The notes under the pieces: generated by a model | What the model saw: the letters and a program-made list of their open reading frames with translations, nothing else | Database searches by the model: none | Told to the model about the DNA's origin: nothing | Program-made: the position numbers and the translations under genes | Shown here: piece by piece, positions 39,043 through 48,375 of the stretch | Position numbering within the stretch: the first letter of the stretch is position 1 | Layout: each line of letters opens with the position of its first letter | DNA from: Patescibacteria group bacterium | GTDB lineage: Bacteria; Patescibacteriota; Patescibacteriia; Patescibacteriales; UBA12465 | Direction: 5' to 3' | DNA length: 64,000 nucleotides | Assembly (NCBI GenBank): GCA_041661685.1 | Contig: JBAZTY010000002.1 | Coordinates: 157,126 to 221,125 of the forward strand

Positions 39043-40815
39043 ATGTTTTTAAAAAAATACCTTAATTTAATAATCGTCAGCCTCTTAGCGTTAGTCTTTT
39101 TTACGGCTACCGCTAGTTTTAATTATCTGAGCCAGGACTCCGATTACGTGAAATGGTCCTCTCCGGATGAAACTGCTAATTATTTTTTCACTAAAAATTT
39201 TGCTTTGACCGGTGAATTAGCGGTTTTTGATAAGGCCAATCTGGTTAGCGATAATATGGCCATCCCCCGCAGTGTTAGGAGCGATAGCGGCTTTATGAAA
39301 CCGGTGAGCTTCTTAGGCATCACTCTTATCTATGGTACGATTGCCGCCGCGACTGATATTGCAGTCATCCCTTATTTGACTCCACTCTTCGCCGCTCTCG
39401 GAATTATTCTGTTCTATCTGATTATTCGCCGCCTTTTTTCCGAGCGTGTCGGCTTATGGTCGGCCTTTCTCTTGGCGTCTTTTCCGGTCTATAGCTATTA
39501 TACGGTTCGGAGCATGTTCCATAATATCCTGTTCGTCGTCTTGCTCCTGGCAGGATTATATCTGTTCTTGTTAGCTTTGGGAGAAAAATCAGAAAAGATA
39601 AAGGCTGTTTTCTTAACTTGGAGATTATCCGGACGCGTCTGGCTAGAATCATCAGCGGCCCTGGCGTCTGGTCTCTTTATGGGTTTAGCGCTCATTACCC
39701 GTACTTCCGAAGCGCTTTGGCTTTTGCCGTCGCTACTTGTCATTTGGATATTCTATGCTCGCCGCTACGGCATCATGAAAGCTATTCTATCGATTGTCGG
39801 CCTATCCTTGCCCTTGCTTCTGGTCGCTTATTATAATCAGATATTATACGGATCTTTTTGGTATGGCGGCTATAACGAAATGAATCGCTCTCTCAAAGAT
39901 ATCGCGAAGACCGGCGGAGAGATATTCAAGTTCGGCTGGGGCTGGGATAATATGATTTATTATCGCGATTATCTTTTAAAAATATTCAAGAATATCTTTT
40001 ATTTTGGTTTCAATCCCGGACAATCAAAATCGATATTCATTAATTACGTCATCAAGATGTTTCCGGCTTTGTTTTATGCTGGGTTAGCTGGAATATTGCT
40101 TTTGATAGTTCAGAATTGCCGCCGTTTTCAGAAAAAATATCTGGTTTATGTCCTGGTCTGGCTGGGTCTGAGCGCGTTTCTTGTCGTCTATTATGGCAGC
40201 TGGAGGTTCAATGATAATCCTGATCTGGCGCGATATACCATTGGTAATTCTTATACCCGTTATTGGTTGCCTTTCTACTTAGGCCTAATGCCCCTAGCCG
40301 CTCTTGCCCTCGTCCGAGTTTCTCGAGCCCTACTCCTTATGAGCGCTAAGACTACCGGACGTATTAGACGGATAATCGCGACTGGTTTGCAATCAGTCGC
40401 TATCCTGGTTTTTGCCGCCGTTTCTATAATTTTTGTTCTCTACGGTTCCGAAGAAGGCTTGGCTTATCTGTATTATAATAATCAGGCTGAGAAGCTTAAT
40501 ACGCTTCAGGTCTGGGCGCTGACGGACAAGGAGGGAATCATCATCACGCGGTATTATGATAAGTTTTTCTGGCCGGAGCGGCGCATCATCATGGGCGTCT
40601 TGCCTGATGACGGCATTCTGAAGGCGGCCGTAAAATTAGTCCGTTATTATCCGGTCTATTATTATAATTTTTATTTGAAGCCCGTAGATGTCGAGTATCT
40701 TAATCAGAATAAGTTCGCGCCTTACGGCTTAATCATGGAAGAAGTTAAGAAGGTCAACGCTAAATTTGGGCTGTATAAATTAGAGGTGGGAACAAGTACA
40801 GTTTTGATAAAATAA
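39043..40815 (+). CDS. GT-C fold glycosyltransferase-like membrane protein (ArnT/PMT family 39-like)
   Basis: 590 aa and polytopic. The first-loop acidic motif SSPDETANYFF and the overall architecture are typical of GT39/ArnT-like enzymes. Not searched. Confidence 0.5.
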   Translation: MFLKKYLNLIIVSLLALVFFTATASFNYLSQDSDYVKWSSPDETANYFFTKNFALTGELAVFDKANLVSDNMAIPRSVRSDSGFMKPVSFLGITLIYGTIAAATDIAVIPYLTPLFAALGIILFYLIIRRLFSERVGLWSAFLLASFPVYSYYTVRSMFHNILFVVLLLAGLYLFLLALGEKSEKIKAVFLTWRLSGRVWLESSAALASGLFMGLALITRTSEALWLLPSLLVIWIFYARRYGIMKAILSIVGLSLPLLLVAYYNQILYGSFWYGGYNEMNRSLKDIAKTGGEIFKFGWGWDNMIYYRDYLLKIFKNIFYFGFNPGQSKSIFINYVIKMFPALFYAGLAGILLLIVQNCRRFQKKYLVYVLVWLGLSAFLVVYYGSWRFNDNPDLARYTIGNSYTRYWLPFYLGLMPLAALALVRVSRALLLMSAKTTGRIRRIIATGLQSVAILVFAAVSIIFVLYGSEEGLAYLYYNNQAEKLNTLQVWALTDKEGIIITRYYDKFFWPERRIIMGVLPDDGILKAAVKLVRYYPVYYYNFYLKPVDVEYLNQNKFAPYGLIMEEVKKVNAKFGLYKLEVGTSTVLIK

Positions 40816-40823
40816 GCATAAAC

Positions 40824-40941
40824 ATTAAAACTTTTAAAGTATTTTTTCCGTTCAGGATTTTTTCTGTGGCAAAAATAAATTAATATTTATTTTTGCTTTA
40901 CGAAAAAATATTCACTCCAAAAACATTTTAAAAGTTTTAAT
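40824..40941. repeat. nested inverted repeats in the GT-C/miaB spacer
   Basis: The outer 15-nt arms are attaaaacttttaaa (40824-40838) and tttaaaagttttaat (40927-40941). The inner perfect hairpin is gcaaaaataaat-taat-atttatttttgc (40869-40896). Confidence 0.6.
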
Positions 40942-40954
40942 ATAGATTATTTTT

Positions 40955-42307
40955 ATGAAAACAAGTAAAACATATCATATAATAACTATCGGCTGTCAGA
41001 TGAATAAAGTCGATAGCGAGAGAATGGCGGCTTTTTTGGAATCCGAAGGCTATAAATTAAGTCCGGATTTCAAGCACGCTGGCGTCGTTATTATTAATAC
41101 CTGCGGCATCCGCCAGATGGCCGAAGATCGCGTCTACGGTCTCGTCAATCAGATCAAGAAATTCAACCCTGACTCTAAAGTGGTTATTGCGGGCTGTCTG
41201 AGCAAGCGCACGGACGTAAAGAAGCGCTTGAATGGAAGAGTAGATGTATTCTTGCCCATCAGTGAAATGCTGCGTTTGCCGGAATTACTGGGCGGAGAAG
41301 AATTCCAACCGCATTTCAGTTTAGACGAAGTGCGCTTGGAAAAAGGAGAAAAATATCTTGATATCAAGCCGAAACATGAAAGTAGGTTCACTGCTTATAT
41401 TCCGATCGGCAACGGCTGCAATAATTTCTGTTCTTACTGCGTCGTGCCGTACGCGCGCGGCCGGGAAGTCTATCGCAGCGCGGCTGATATCTTAAAAGAA
41501 GCGCAAGGCCTCATCAAAAAGGGCTATAAAGAGATAGTCCTCATCGCCCAGAACGTTAATAGCTATCATGATGATAAGATGAAGTTCCCGGAGCTCTTAG
41601 AGAAGATTATTAAGATCCCGGGAAAATTTTGGATACGTTTTTCTTCCAGTCATCCGAAAGATATGTCTGACGACCTGATAAGGGTTATTGGCTCGTCTCC
41701 AAAAGTTTGTTCTCATCTGCACCTAGCGGTCCAGTCCGGAGATGATAAGGTCTTGAAAGCGATGAATCGCGGTTATACCTCAAAGCACTATCAAGGGCTG
41801 ATTAAGAAGGTGCGCGCGGCCAAACCGGGTATCGCGATTACGACCGATGTTATCGTCGGTTTTGCGGGAGAAACCAAGGCGCAATTTTTGAATACTGTGA
41901 AATTATTCAAGGCGGTTAATTTTGATTTAGCTTATATTGCTCAATACAGTCCGCGCCCAGGTACTGTTTCGTATAATAAGATGAAGGATAATGTTAGTCC
42001 GGTTGAAAAGAAGCGCCGCGCCGAAGAGATAAATGAGATATTGAAAGTTACTGCCGCAAAGAATAACCAGTCGCATCTAGGAGAGACAATGGAAGTGCTG
42101 GTTGAAGGGAAGAATAAGCGCGGAAAATATTATGGCAAGACCGGCAGCTATCAGACCGTGCTTATCAACGTGGACAAGAAACAGAAAGATAGTTTGATTG
42201 GAAATTTTATCAAAGTGAAGATAGATAAGGCTTTGGCGTTCGGATTGGAGGGGAATTTAGTCATAGAATCTTTAAAAAGCGCAAAAGACAAAATTAAAAG
42301 AGGCTAA
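40955..42307 (+). CDS. miaB: tRNA-i6A37 methylthiotransferase MiaB
   Basis: N-terminal GCQMN cysteine region, radical-SAM CNNFCSYC and a C-terminal TRAM-like domain. Confidence 0.9.
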   Translation: MKTSKTYHIITIGCQMNKVDSERMAAFLESEGYKLSPDFKHAGVVIINTCGIRQMAEDRVYGLVNQIKKFNPDSKVVIAGCLSKRTDVKKRLNGRVDVFLPISEMLRLPELLGGEEFQPHFSLDEVRLEKGEKYLDIKPKHESRFTAYIPIGNGCNNFCSYCVVPYARGREVYRSAADILKEAQGLIKKGYKEIVLIAQNVNSYHDDKMKFPELLEKIIKIPGKFWIRFSSSHPKDMSDDLIRVIGSSPKVCSHLHLAVQSGDDKVLKAMNRGYTSKHYQGLIKKVRAAKPGIAITTDVIVGFAGETKAQFLNTVKLFKAVNFDLAYIAQYSPRPGTVSYNKMKDNVSPVEKKRRAEEINEILKVTAAKNNQSHLGETMEVLVEGKNKRGKYYGKTGSYQTVLINVDKKQKDSLIGNFIKVKIDKALAFGLEGNLVIESLKSAKDKIKRG

Positions 42308-42325
42308 GCGTAGAAACTTAGCCTC
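42290..42325 (-). terminator. intrinsic terminator oriented for a minus-strand transcript (overlaps miaB stop)
   Basis: gaggctaag-N8-cttagcctc (42300-42325). On the minus strand it is followed by TTTTAATTTT. On the plus strand no T-run follows directly. Confidence 0.5.
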
Positions 42326-42369
42326 CATGATAGTTTTATTAAACCTCTTTTTTCCCAAGCCAGGGAGAC

Positions 42370-42471
42370 CTACATAGTCGAGTTGTTTAATAAAGCATCA
42401 TTGCTACTTTTTTGGGCGACAGCTGGCAAATTAGATGTTAAGCTGCAAGACCCTTTGTTCAATGTTCTCAT
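42370..42471 (-). CDS. 33-aa micro-ORF with strong SD in the miaB-miaA spacer
   Basis: Hand translation gives MRTLNKGSCSLTSNLPAVAQKSSNDALLNNSTM. GGAGG lies 9 nt upstream of the ATG. A candidate promoter and a terminator flank it on the minus strand. Confidence 0.25.
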   Translation of the reverse strand: MRTLNKGSCSLTSNLPAVAQKSSNDALLNNSTM

Positions 42472-42578
42472 TTGTACTGTCCTCCATCGTTAGATGAATA
42501 AGTAAAAACATTTGTTGAAAAGAACTAAACGTGTAAACCTGAACTTGTTGTAAATACAAACAAAAAATACGTATAACT

Positions 42579-42606
42579 ATTATAGCATAATATTAGCATA
42601 TGGCAA
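42579..42606 (-). promoter_or_regulatory. putative minus-strand promoter TTGCCA-16-TATAAT overlapping the miaA start
   Basis: -35 at 42606->42601 and -10 at 42584->42579. It would fire antisense into the spacer. Confidence 0.35.
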
Positions 42607-43550
42607 TAAAAAATATTCACAACCATAAACCCAAAGTTTTGGCAATATTAGGCACGACCTCAGCCGGTAAGACTGGCTTAGCCGTTAAATTAGCCGCTGA
42701 ATTAAGGGGGGAGGTAGTCAGCGCCGATAGCCGCCAAGTCTATAAAGGTTTGGATATCGGTACGGGCAAGGACTTAGCCGAATATAAAGTTGGCCGCAAG
42801 AATATTCCTTATCATCTAATAGATGTTGCTTCGCCCAAGACTCAGTTTGATTTGGCTAAATTTCAGAAATTGGCCTTCAAGGCGATTGATGATATTTTGC
42901 GCCGCGGCCAGTTGCCGATAGTTGTCGGCGGCAGCGGCTTGTATCTGCAGGCGCTCGTGGATAATTACGATCTGTCTAACGTTCAGGCGAAATCGGCCAA
43001 TCGAGAAAAATGGGAGAAGATGAGTGCTGATCGTCTATTCGCGCTAGTCGTCAAGAAGAAGCCGGAATTCGCGTCGCGTCTTAATAATAGCGATAAGAAC
43101 AATCCGCGCCGCTTAGCTCGGTATTTAGAAATAATCGAATCTGAGGGGCTGGAAAAAGTCGGCCAGCGGGAAAGCCGTTATGATTTTTTGATTCTGGGAC
43201 TTAATTGGTCGGACAAAATATTGCGTGAGCGCATAGTTCAGCGTTTGTTGGATCGCTTAGAGAAAGAAGGCCTAGCCGCCGAAGTGAAGCGGCTGAATAA
43301 TGAAGGCGTTTCCTGGGAGCGACTGCAGGCTTTCGGATTAGAATATAAATTCGTTTCCCGTCATCTTTTAGGCGAGCTATTATATCCGGAAATGGTCGAG
43401 AAATTGAGCACAGCCTTATATCGTTTTGCCAAGCGTCAGAAGACTTGGTTCAAGCGCTGGGAAAAGCAGGGCGCAAAGATTAATTGGATTAAGGATATGA
43501 CCGGAGCGGAGAAAAAGATAAGGAAGTGGGCGCCAGATTTGATAAAATAA
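42600..43550 (+). CDS. miaA: tRNA dimethylallyltransferase MiaA
   Basis: P-loop GTTSAGKTGLA and SADSRQVYKGLDIGTGK. Confidence 0.92.
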   Translation: MAIKNIHNHKPKVLAILGTTSAGKTGLAVKLAAELRGEVVSADSRQVYKGLDIGTGKDLAEYKVGRKNIPYHLIDVASPKTQFDLAKFQKLAFKAIDDILRRGQLPIVVGGSGLYLQALVDNYDLSNVQAKSANREKWEKMSADRLFALVVKKKPEFASRLNNSDKNNPRRLARYLEIIESEGLEKVGQRESRYDFLILGLNWSDKILRERIVQRLLDRLEKEGLAAEVKRLNNEGVSWERLQAFGLEYKFVSRHLLGELLYPEMVEKLSTALYRFAKRQKTWFKRWEKQGAKINWIKDMTGAEKKIRKWAPDLIK

Positions 43551-43582
43551 GTACTTAAATTAAATAAAGAAGCTGTATAATA

Positions 43583-43617
43583 AAAAAAGCCCCGTCTTCA
43601 GAGCGGAGCTTTTTTAT
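43583..43617. terminator. bidirectional terminator between miaA and gatB
   Basis: A-run, then gc-ccg-tcttcaga-cgg-gc type stem, then T-run. Confidence 0.5.
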
Positions 43618-43628
43618 TTTGGTTTACC

Positions 43629-45155
43629 TTATCTATTCAACATTCTCTCTAATATTTCTCTCGCGATTTTCGGGTTAGCTTTGCCGCCAGTTTCGGCCAT
43701 GATTTTCCCGAGCAAAAATTGGATGACGTTAGTCTTGCCGCTCTTATATTGCGCGACTTGGTCGGGATTAGCAGCTAAAACTTTGTCGACCGCTTTCTCT
43801 AGTTCTACGCTATCGTCCATTTGTTCCAGCCCGGAATCGCGCATGATATCGGTCGGGTCGCCGCCGTCTTTATACATCTTTTCTAAAATGGTCTGGCCGA
43901 CAGTAGAGTTTATTTTTCCTTGATAGATCAGGCAGGTCAGTTCAGCGAAATTTTCCGCCGTCAGCTTTAAATCGCTGATTTTTTTGTTATCCGCGTTCAG
44001 ATGTTTTAGTAATGGGCCGCTGATAAGATTAGCCGCGGCTTTAGCCAAGCGTCTTTCCTGGCGCGCTTCGCTGTCGCCGTTAGCCTCTATCCAGGCGTCG
44101 AGTTCGGAAATGACGTTTTCAGTCCAGTCAGCCATATCCTTGTCGGCAGTAAGCACTTCAGCCATCTCGGGCATGAATTTATATTCAAAGACAAAGCGCT
44201 GTTTTTTAGCGAGCGGCATTTCTGGCAGTTCGACAGATAAGCGCTCTAGCCAATCCTCACCGATCTTCAGCGGAGGAATATCAGGTTCAGGGAAGTAACG
44301 GTAATCGGCCGCGCTTTCTTTGACACGCTGGCTGACGGTTGCAGATTTATTCTCGTCCCAGCCGCGAGTCTCGGCGCTGATCTGCTCGCCTTTTTCTAAA
44401 GCTTCAGTTTGGCGCTTGATTTCGAAATTAATCGCTTTCTCGACGGCGCGGAAGGAATTGATATTCTTCACTTCTACTTTAGAATTAAGTTCGTGGCGGC
44501 CGCCGAATAAGCCTTTCTTTTTCGGCAGTATCTTCCCATCCTTATATTCCCAGGTTCCGGCTTCTTGGACGCTGACGTTCGCTTCGCAGCGCATCTCGCC
44601 CTTTTCCATATCGGCGCCGCTGACGCCGAGGTAGCGCAACGTTTGCTGATAGGCCTGGCAGAACTTCTTGGCTTGCTCGGCGCTCTTAATAACCGGCTCG
44701 GTCACAAGTTCCATCAGAGGCGTGCCGGCGCGGTTAAAATCTAATAAAGTGTAATCCGACTCTTTCTTATGGGACGATTTTCCCGTGTCTTCCTCAAGAT
44801 GGATGCGGGTGATGAGAATCTTGTCGCCGTCTACTTCCAGATAGCCCTCGGAAGAGAGCGGCTGGTCGTATTGGGAGATCTGGTAGCCTTTAGGCAGGTC
44901 AGGATAGAAATAATTCTTGCGGTCGAATTTAGATGAGCGGCTGATCTTGCCGTGCAGAGCCAGGCCGGTGAGGATGGTCCAATCGATGGCTTGTTTATTA
45001 GGGACGGGCAGAGTGCCGGGGTGGCCGAGGCAGATCGGGCAGACGGTCGTATTCGGTGCCTTGCCGTTCGCGTCGTTATCGCAAGAGCAGAACATTTTGC
45101 TCTTAGTCTTCAGTTCGGCATGGATTTCCAGGCCGATGATAGCGTCGTATTTCAT
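43629..45155 (-). CDS. gatB: Asp/Glu-tRNA amidotransferase subunit B
   Basis: MKYDAIIGLEIHAELKTKSKMFCSC, RCEANVS and a C-terminal GatB_Yqey-like region. Confidence 0.93.
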   Translation of the reverse strand: MKYDAIIGLEIHAELKTKSKMFCSCDNDANGKAPNTTVCPICLGHPGTLPVPNKQAIDWTILTGLALHGKISRSSKFDRKNYFYPDLPKGYQISQYDQPLSSEGYLEVDGDKILITRIHLEEDTGKSSHKKESDYTLLDFNRAGTPLMELVTEPVIKSAEQAKKFCQAYQQTLRYLGVSGADMEKGEMRCEANVSVQEAGTWEYKDGKILPKKKGLFGGRHELNSKVEVKNINSFRAVEKAINFEIKRQTEALEKGEQISAETRGWDENKSATVSQRVKESAADYRYFPEPDIPPLKIGEDWLERLSVELPEMPLAKKQRFVFEYKFMPEMAEVLTADKDMADWTENVISELDAWIEANGDSEARQERRLAKAAANLISGPLLKHLNADNKKISDLKLTAENFAELTCLIYQGKINSTVGQTILEKMYKDGGDPTDIMRDSGLEQMDDSVELEKAVDKVLAANPDQVAQYKSGKTNVIQFLLGKIMAETGGKANPKIAREILERMLNR

Positions 45156-45189
45156 ATTTTTTCAACTAGCTTTTAGGATAAAGCAGTCT

Positions 45190-46443
45190 TTAGAATAAGC
45201 CCGAACTGCCGAAACCCATGGCCTGGCGCTCGGTCGTATCATCAATCTTCTCTTCGCTTATCTCTAAGTCTAAGATAGGCTGGATGAGTATCTGGGCTAT
45301 TTTTTGTCCCGGAACGATATTAAGCATCTCTTCGCTAAGATTCTTGACGATAACTTTTATCTCACCGCGATAATTAGAATCAATCACCCCGCCCATAGTC
45401 TTGATGCCCCGGAAAGCGACGCCGCTCTTGTCCCAGATCAGGCCGGCATAACCTTCGGGAATAACCATTCTTACTCCGCTCGCCACGAGATCTTGGCTAT
45501 AGGGAGGGATGGAATAGAAATCATTAGCGTATAAGTCATAACCGGCATCGCCAGGATGCGCTTTCTGCGGCAGTTTGGCTTGCGGATTTATTTTTTCAAT
45601 TATCAGTTTCGTTGGAGCGAGTATCGGTTCCGGCTTTATGATATCTTGCTTAGCGATGGTCTCGTGTTTCTCAAAGATTATTTCCCGGTTATTCACGATT
45701 TGGCGGTTGGAGCCGATGATATTACTAATCGCTTGAAAATCTTGGCCCTGTTTGCTCTCGCCGGCGATAATCTTCTTAACCGAGGGCCAGACTAGCGTGC
45801 CAATATCTTCGCGGCTTAAGATCTCGTTATTACGCGTGCAGCTGATGAGCTTGAAATCCGGAAAGCTATTGGCGATTTCTAGGTAGATGCGCTCCGCTTT
45901 CTTTAAGTGATCGAGGTTGTCTTCGTGGATATCATTTTTCTTTCCGGCCCAGTCTTCGCGGGCGCGAGCTTTGGCGAGCTTCTGGGATATTTCTGATTCG
46001 ACATGCAGGATGATCGACAAGTCGGGGCGGGGAATCTCAAAAATCTTGTATTCCAGGTCATATAGCCAATTGAAAAACACCTTTCTTTCTAAAGGATTTT
46101 CGATCTTGCAGCCTTGATGGCCCATATTAGCGCTAGTGTAGCGATTGGCGAGTACAATCTTGCCTTCTTTGAGCCATTCTCTGATTTTGAAGCTGGCGTC
46201 GTAACGATCGACAGCATAGAAGATTGAGGCTTTATAAGAATTGACCTCGTCCGCCTGGCCGTATTTGCCGGAGAGATACTCTTCTACCAGTCCGGCCGAC
46301 TTGGTATTGTATTGAGGAAAATCAGCGATAGCCACGACATACCCCTCCGCTTCTAAGCGGGCTTTAAGCAATTCCAGCTGCGTCGTTTTGCCGCTGCCGT
46401 CGGTGCCGTCGATGACGATGAATTTTCCTGAAGCTTCTTGCAT
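45190..46443 (-). CDS. tmk/dut: fusion protein: thymidylate kinase (N) plus dUTP diphosphatase (C)
   Basis: aa 1-~215 carry FIVIDGTDGSGKTTQ (Tmk P-loop) and DRY-like VDRYDAS. aa ~280-417 carry the dUTPase motifs AGYDLYA, GVIDSNYRGEI, AQIL and GFGSSG. Confidence 0.85.
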   Translation of the reverse strand: MQEASGKFIVIDGTDGSGKTTQLELLKARLEAEGYVVAIADFPQYNTKSAGLVEEYLSGKYGQADEVNSYKASIFYAVDRYDASFKIREWLKEGKIVLANRYTSANMGHQGCKIENPLERKVFFNWLYDLEYKIFEIPRPDLSIILHVESEISQKLAKARAREDWAGKKNDIHEDNLDHLKKAERIYLEIANSFPDFKLISCTRNNEILSREDIGTLVWPSVKKIIAGESKQGQDFQAISNIIGSNRQIVNNREIIFEKHETIAKQDIIKPEPILAPTKLIIEKINPQAKLPQKAHPGDAGYDLYANDFYSIPPYSQDLVASGVRMVIPEGYAGLIWDKSGVAFRGIKTMGGVIDSNYRGEIKVIVKNLSEEMLNIVPGQKIAQILIQPILDLEISEEKIDDTTERQAMGFGSSGLF

Positions 46444-46463
46444 AGCTTTACGAGGTTTAGCCT

Positions 46464-47024
46464 TTAAGTGGATTTTTTAATATCGGCGATAATCTTATCT
46501 ATCTGAGCGTATAGTTCTTCTTTAGTTCCATTATTGTTAAGCTGGTACTTAGCTTTTGCCATAACTGTGGGGATATCCTGTTCGGCTTCGCGACCGTTGT
46601 CGGTGACGAATTCCTCGAAAGTCTTAGTGGCATCATCTGCATTTTCGCGGCGGTTAGTTAGACGCTGATAGCGCACTGGAAGATCGACATTCAGGCTGAT
46701 TAGATAAAAATTAGGCAGATCCTTTAAAGAAACGATATCCGGCAAGCGGCGGATGCCTTCGACGATGATTATCTCGTTATTATCATTCTTGACGTCTTCG
46801 GCGATGACGCGAGCAAGAGTGTCACTACCGAAACGAGTTCTCAAATCTAAAGAAAGATCCTGCATATTCTCTCTAGTGATCGGCAAGTACAGGCGATTCA
46901 AGATATCGCGGAGCATCGTAGAATAGCGATGGCCGCTGGCGCCGTATTTTTCCATCACATAAGTCTTGCAGGTGTCTTTGCCGCTGACCATGAGGCCGCT
47001 GAAACCGAGGATGATTTTGGACAT
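46464..47024 (-). CDS. P-loop kinase, dNMP kinase-like
   Basis: The GFSGLMVSGKDT P-loop variant (SGKDT) resembles phage-type deoxynucleoside-monophosphate kinases. Context is the thymidylate cluster. Confidence 0.45.
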   Translation of the reverse strand: MSKIILGFSGLMVSGKDTCKTYVMEKYGASGHRYSTMLRDILNRLYLPITRENMQDLSLDLRTRFGSDTLARVIAEDVKNDNNEIIIVEGIRRLPDIVSLKDLPNFYLISLNVDLPVRYQRLTNRRENADDATKTFEEFVTDNGREAEQDIPTVMAKAKYQLNNNGTKEELYAQIDKIIADIKKST

Positions 47025-47027
47025 AAT

Positions 47028-47528
47028 TTAGTAGATGACCCGATATTTCAGCATCAGGGTATCGTCGTTTAGATTTTTAATTTCTAATAATTTTAAATTA
47101 GCATTCAAATCCTTATTGAATAAGGAGAGCCCGGTACCGAATATCTTCGGTTCGACTGTCAGGATGATTTCAGAAATCAATTTTTTTTCTAAGAAAAGGG
47201 AATTAAGAAACGAGCCGCCGCCTAGAAGGGCAGATTTATAACCGAGGGCTTCTAATTCTTCTAGGACTTTCTCGGGTTCGCCCTTAACCCATTTTACGCC
47301 TTCAATCGGCTCATGCTCTGTTTCAGAGAAGACGACGTTCAGGCGGTCTTTCAAAGGAGCGGGAAAAGTCTTAAAAGTATTTTCGCCCATCATAATCACG
47401 CCGTGAGCCTTAGAAATCTCCACGAAAAGTTTTTTGTCTTCGCGGCTAGTCCAATCGGCAAACTGCGTCTTGTCTTTGGCGATCTTGCCGTCAACGGTCA
47501 TCGCCATCATCATAGTGACTGGAATCAT
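47028..47528 (-). CDS. dihydrofolate reductase family protein (RibD C-terminal-like)
   Basis: MAMTVDGKIA, LLGGGSFLNS and a location adjacent to thyA. Confidence 0.65.
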   Translation of the reverse strand: MIPVTMMMAMTVDGKIAKDKTQFADWTSREDKKLFVEISKAHGVIMMGENTFKTFPAPLKDRLNVVFSETEHEPIEGVKWVKGEPEKVLEELEALGYKSALLGGGSFLNSLFLEKKLISEIILTVEPKIFGTGLSLFNKDLNANLKLLEIKNLNDDTLMLKYRVIY

Positions 47529-47546
47529 GTCTTTGAGAATTAGTGA

Positions 47547-48362
47547 TTAAATCGCTATCGGCGCTTTTATGCCCGGTTCCGGATCATATCCCTCTAGAGT
47601 GAAATCCTCGAATTTGAAGCCGAAGATGTCCTTTACTTGCGGGTTGATGATCATTTTTGGCAGAGTTTTCGGGGTGCGGGCGAGCTGAGTCTGGACTTGT
47701 TCGAAATGGTTATTATAGATATGGAGATCGCCGAAAGTATGGACGAATTCTCCGAGCTTCAGGTCGCAGACTTGAGCGATCATCATGGTCAGGAGCGCGT
47801 AAGAAGCGATATTGAAGGGAACGCCTAGGAATAGGTCGGCGCTGCGCTGATATAATTGGCAGGATAATCTATTATCATGAGAAACATAGAATTGGAACAT
47901 GGTATGGCAAGGCGGCGGCGCGGTTTTTTTGCCGCTGATAAGATTGCGCAGGTCGCCGACGTTCCAGCCGCTCACGATGATGCGGCGCGAGGTCGGGTTA
48001 TGTTTCAAAGTTTCGATCACTTCAGCGATCTGATTTATTTTTGTGCCGTCTTTTGCTTCCCAGGCAGTCCATTGCTTGCCGTATATCGGTCCGAGGTCGC
48101 CGTTTTCATCGGCCCATTCGTCCCAGATAGTCACGCCGTTATCATTCAGGTATTTTATATTAGTATCACCTTTCAAGAACCATAATAATTCATAGATGAT
48201 AGATTTCAGATGGACCTTCTTGGTCGTGAGTAAAGGGAAGCCTTCGTTTAGGTCATAATGGACTTGGCGGCCGAAGACGCTGCGCGTTCCGGTTCCGGTC
48301 CGGTCGTCCTTAGTTTTTCCATTTTCCCAGACGTCTTTTAAGAGATCAAGATACTTTTTCAT
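47547..48362 (-). CDS. thyA: thymidylate synthase ThyA
   Basis: [12 protein letters not shown], active-site PPCH and DLHIY. Confidence 0.95.
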   Translation of the reverse strand: MKKYLDLLKDVWENGKTKDDRTGTGTRSVFGRQVHYDLNEGFPLLTTKKVHLKSIIYELLWFLKGDTNIKYLNDNGVTIWDEWADENGDLGPIYGKQWTAWEAKDGTKINQIAEVIETLKHNPTSRRIIVSGWNVGDLRNLISGKKTAPPPCHTMFQFYVSHDNRLSCQLYQRSADLFLGVPFNIASYALLTMMIAQVCDLKLGEFVHTFGDLHIYNNHFEQVQTQLARTPKTLPKMIINPQVKDIFGFKFEDFTLEGYDPEPGIKAPIAI

Positions 48363-48375
48363 ATTTTTTTTATGA

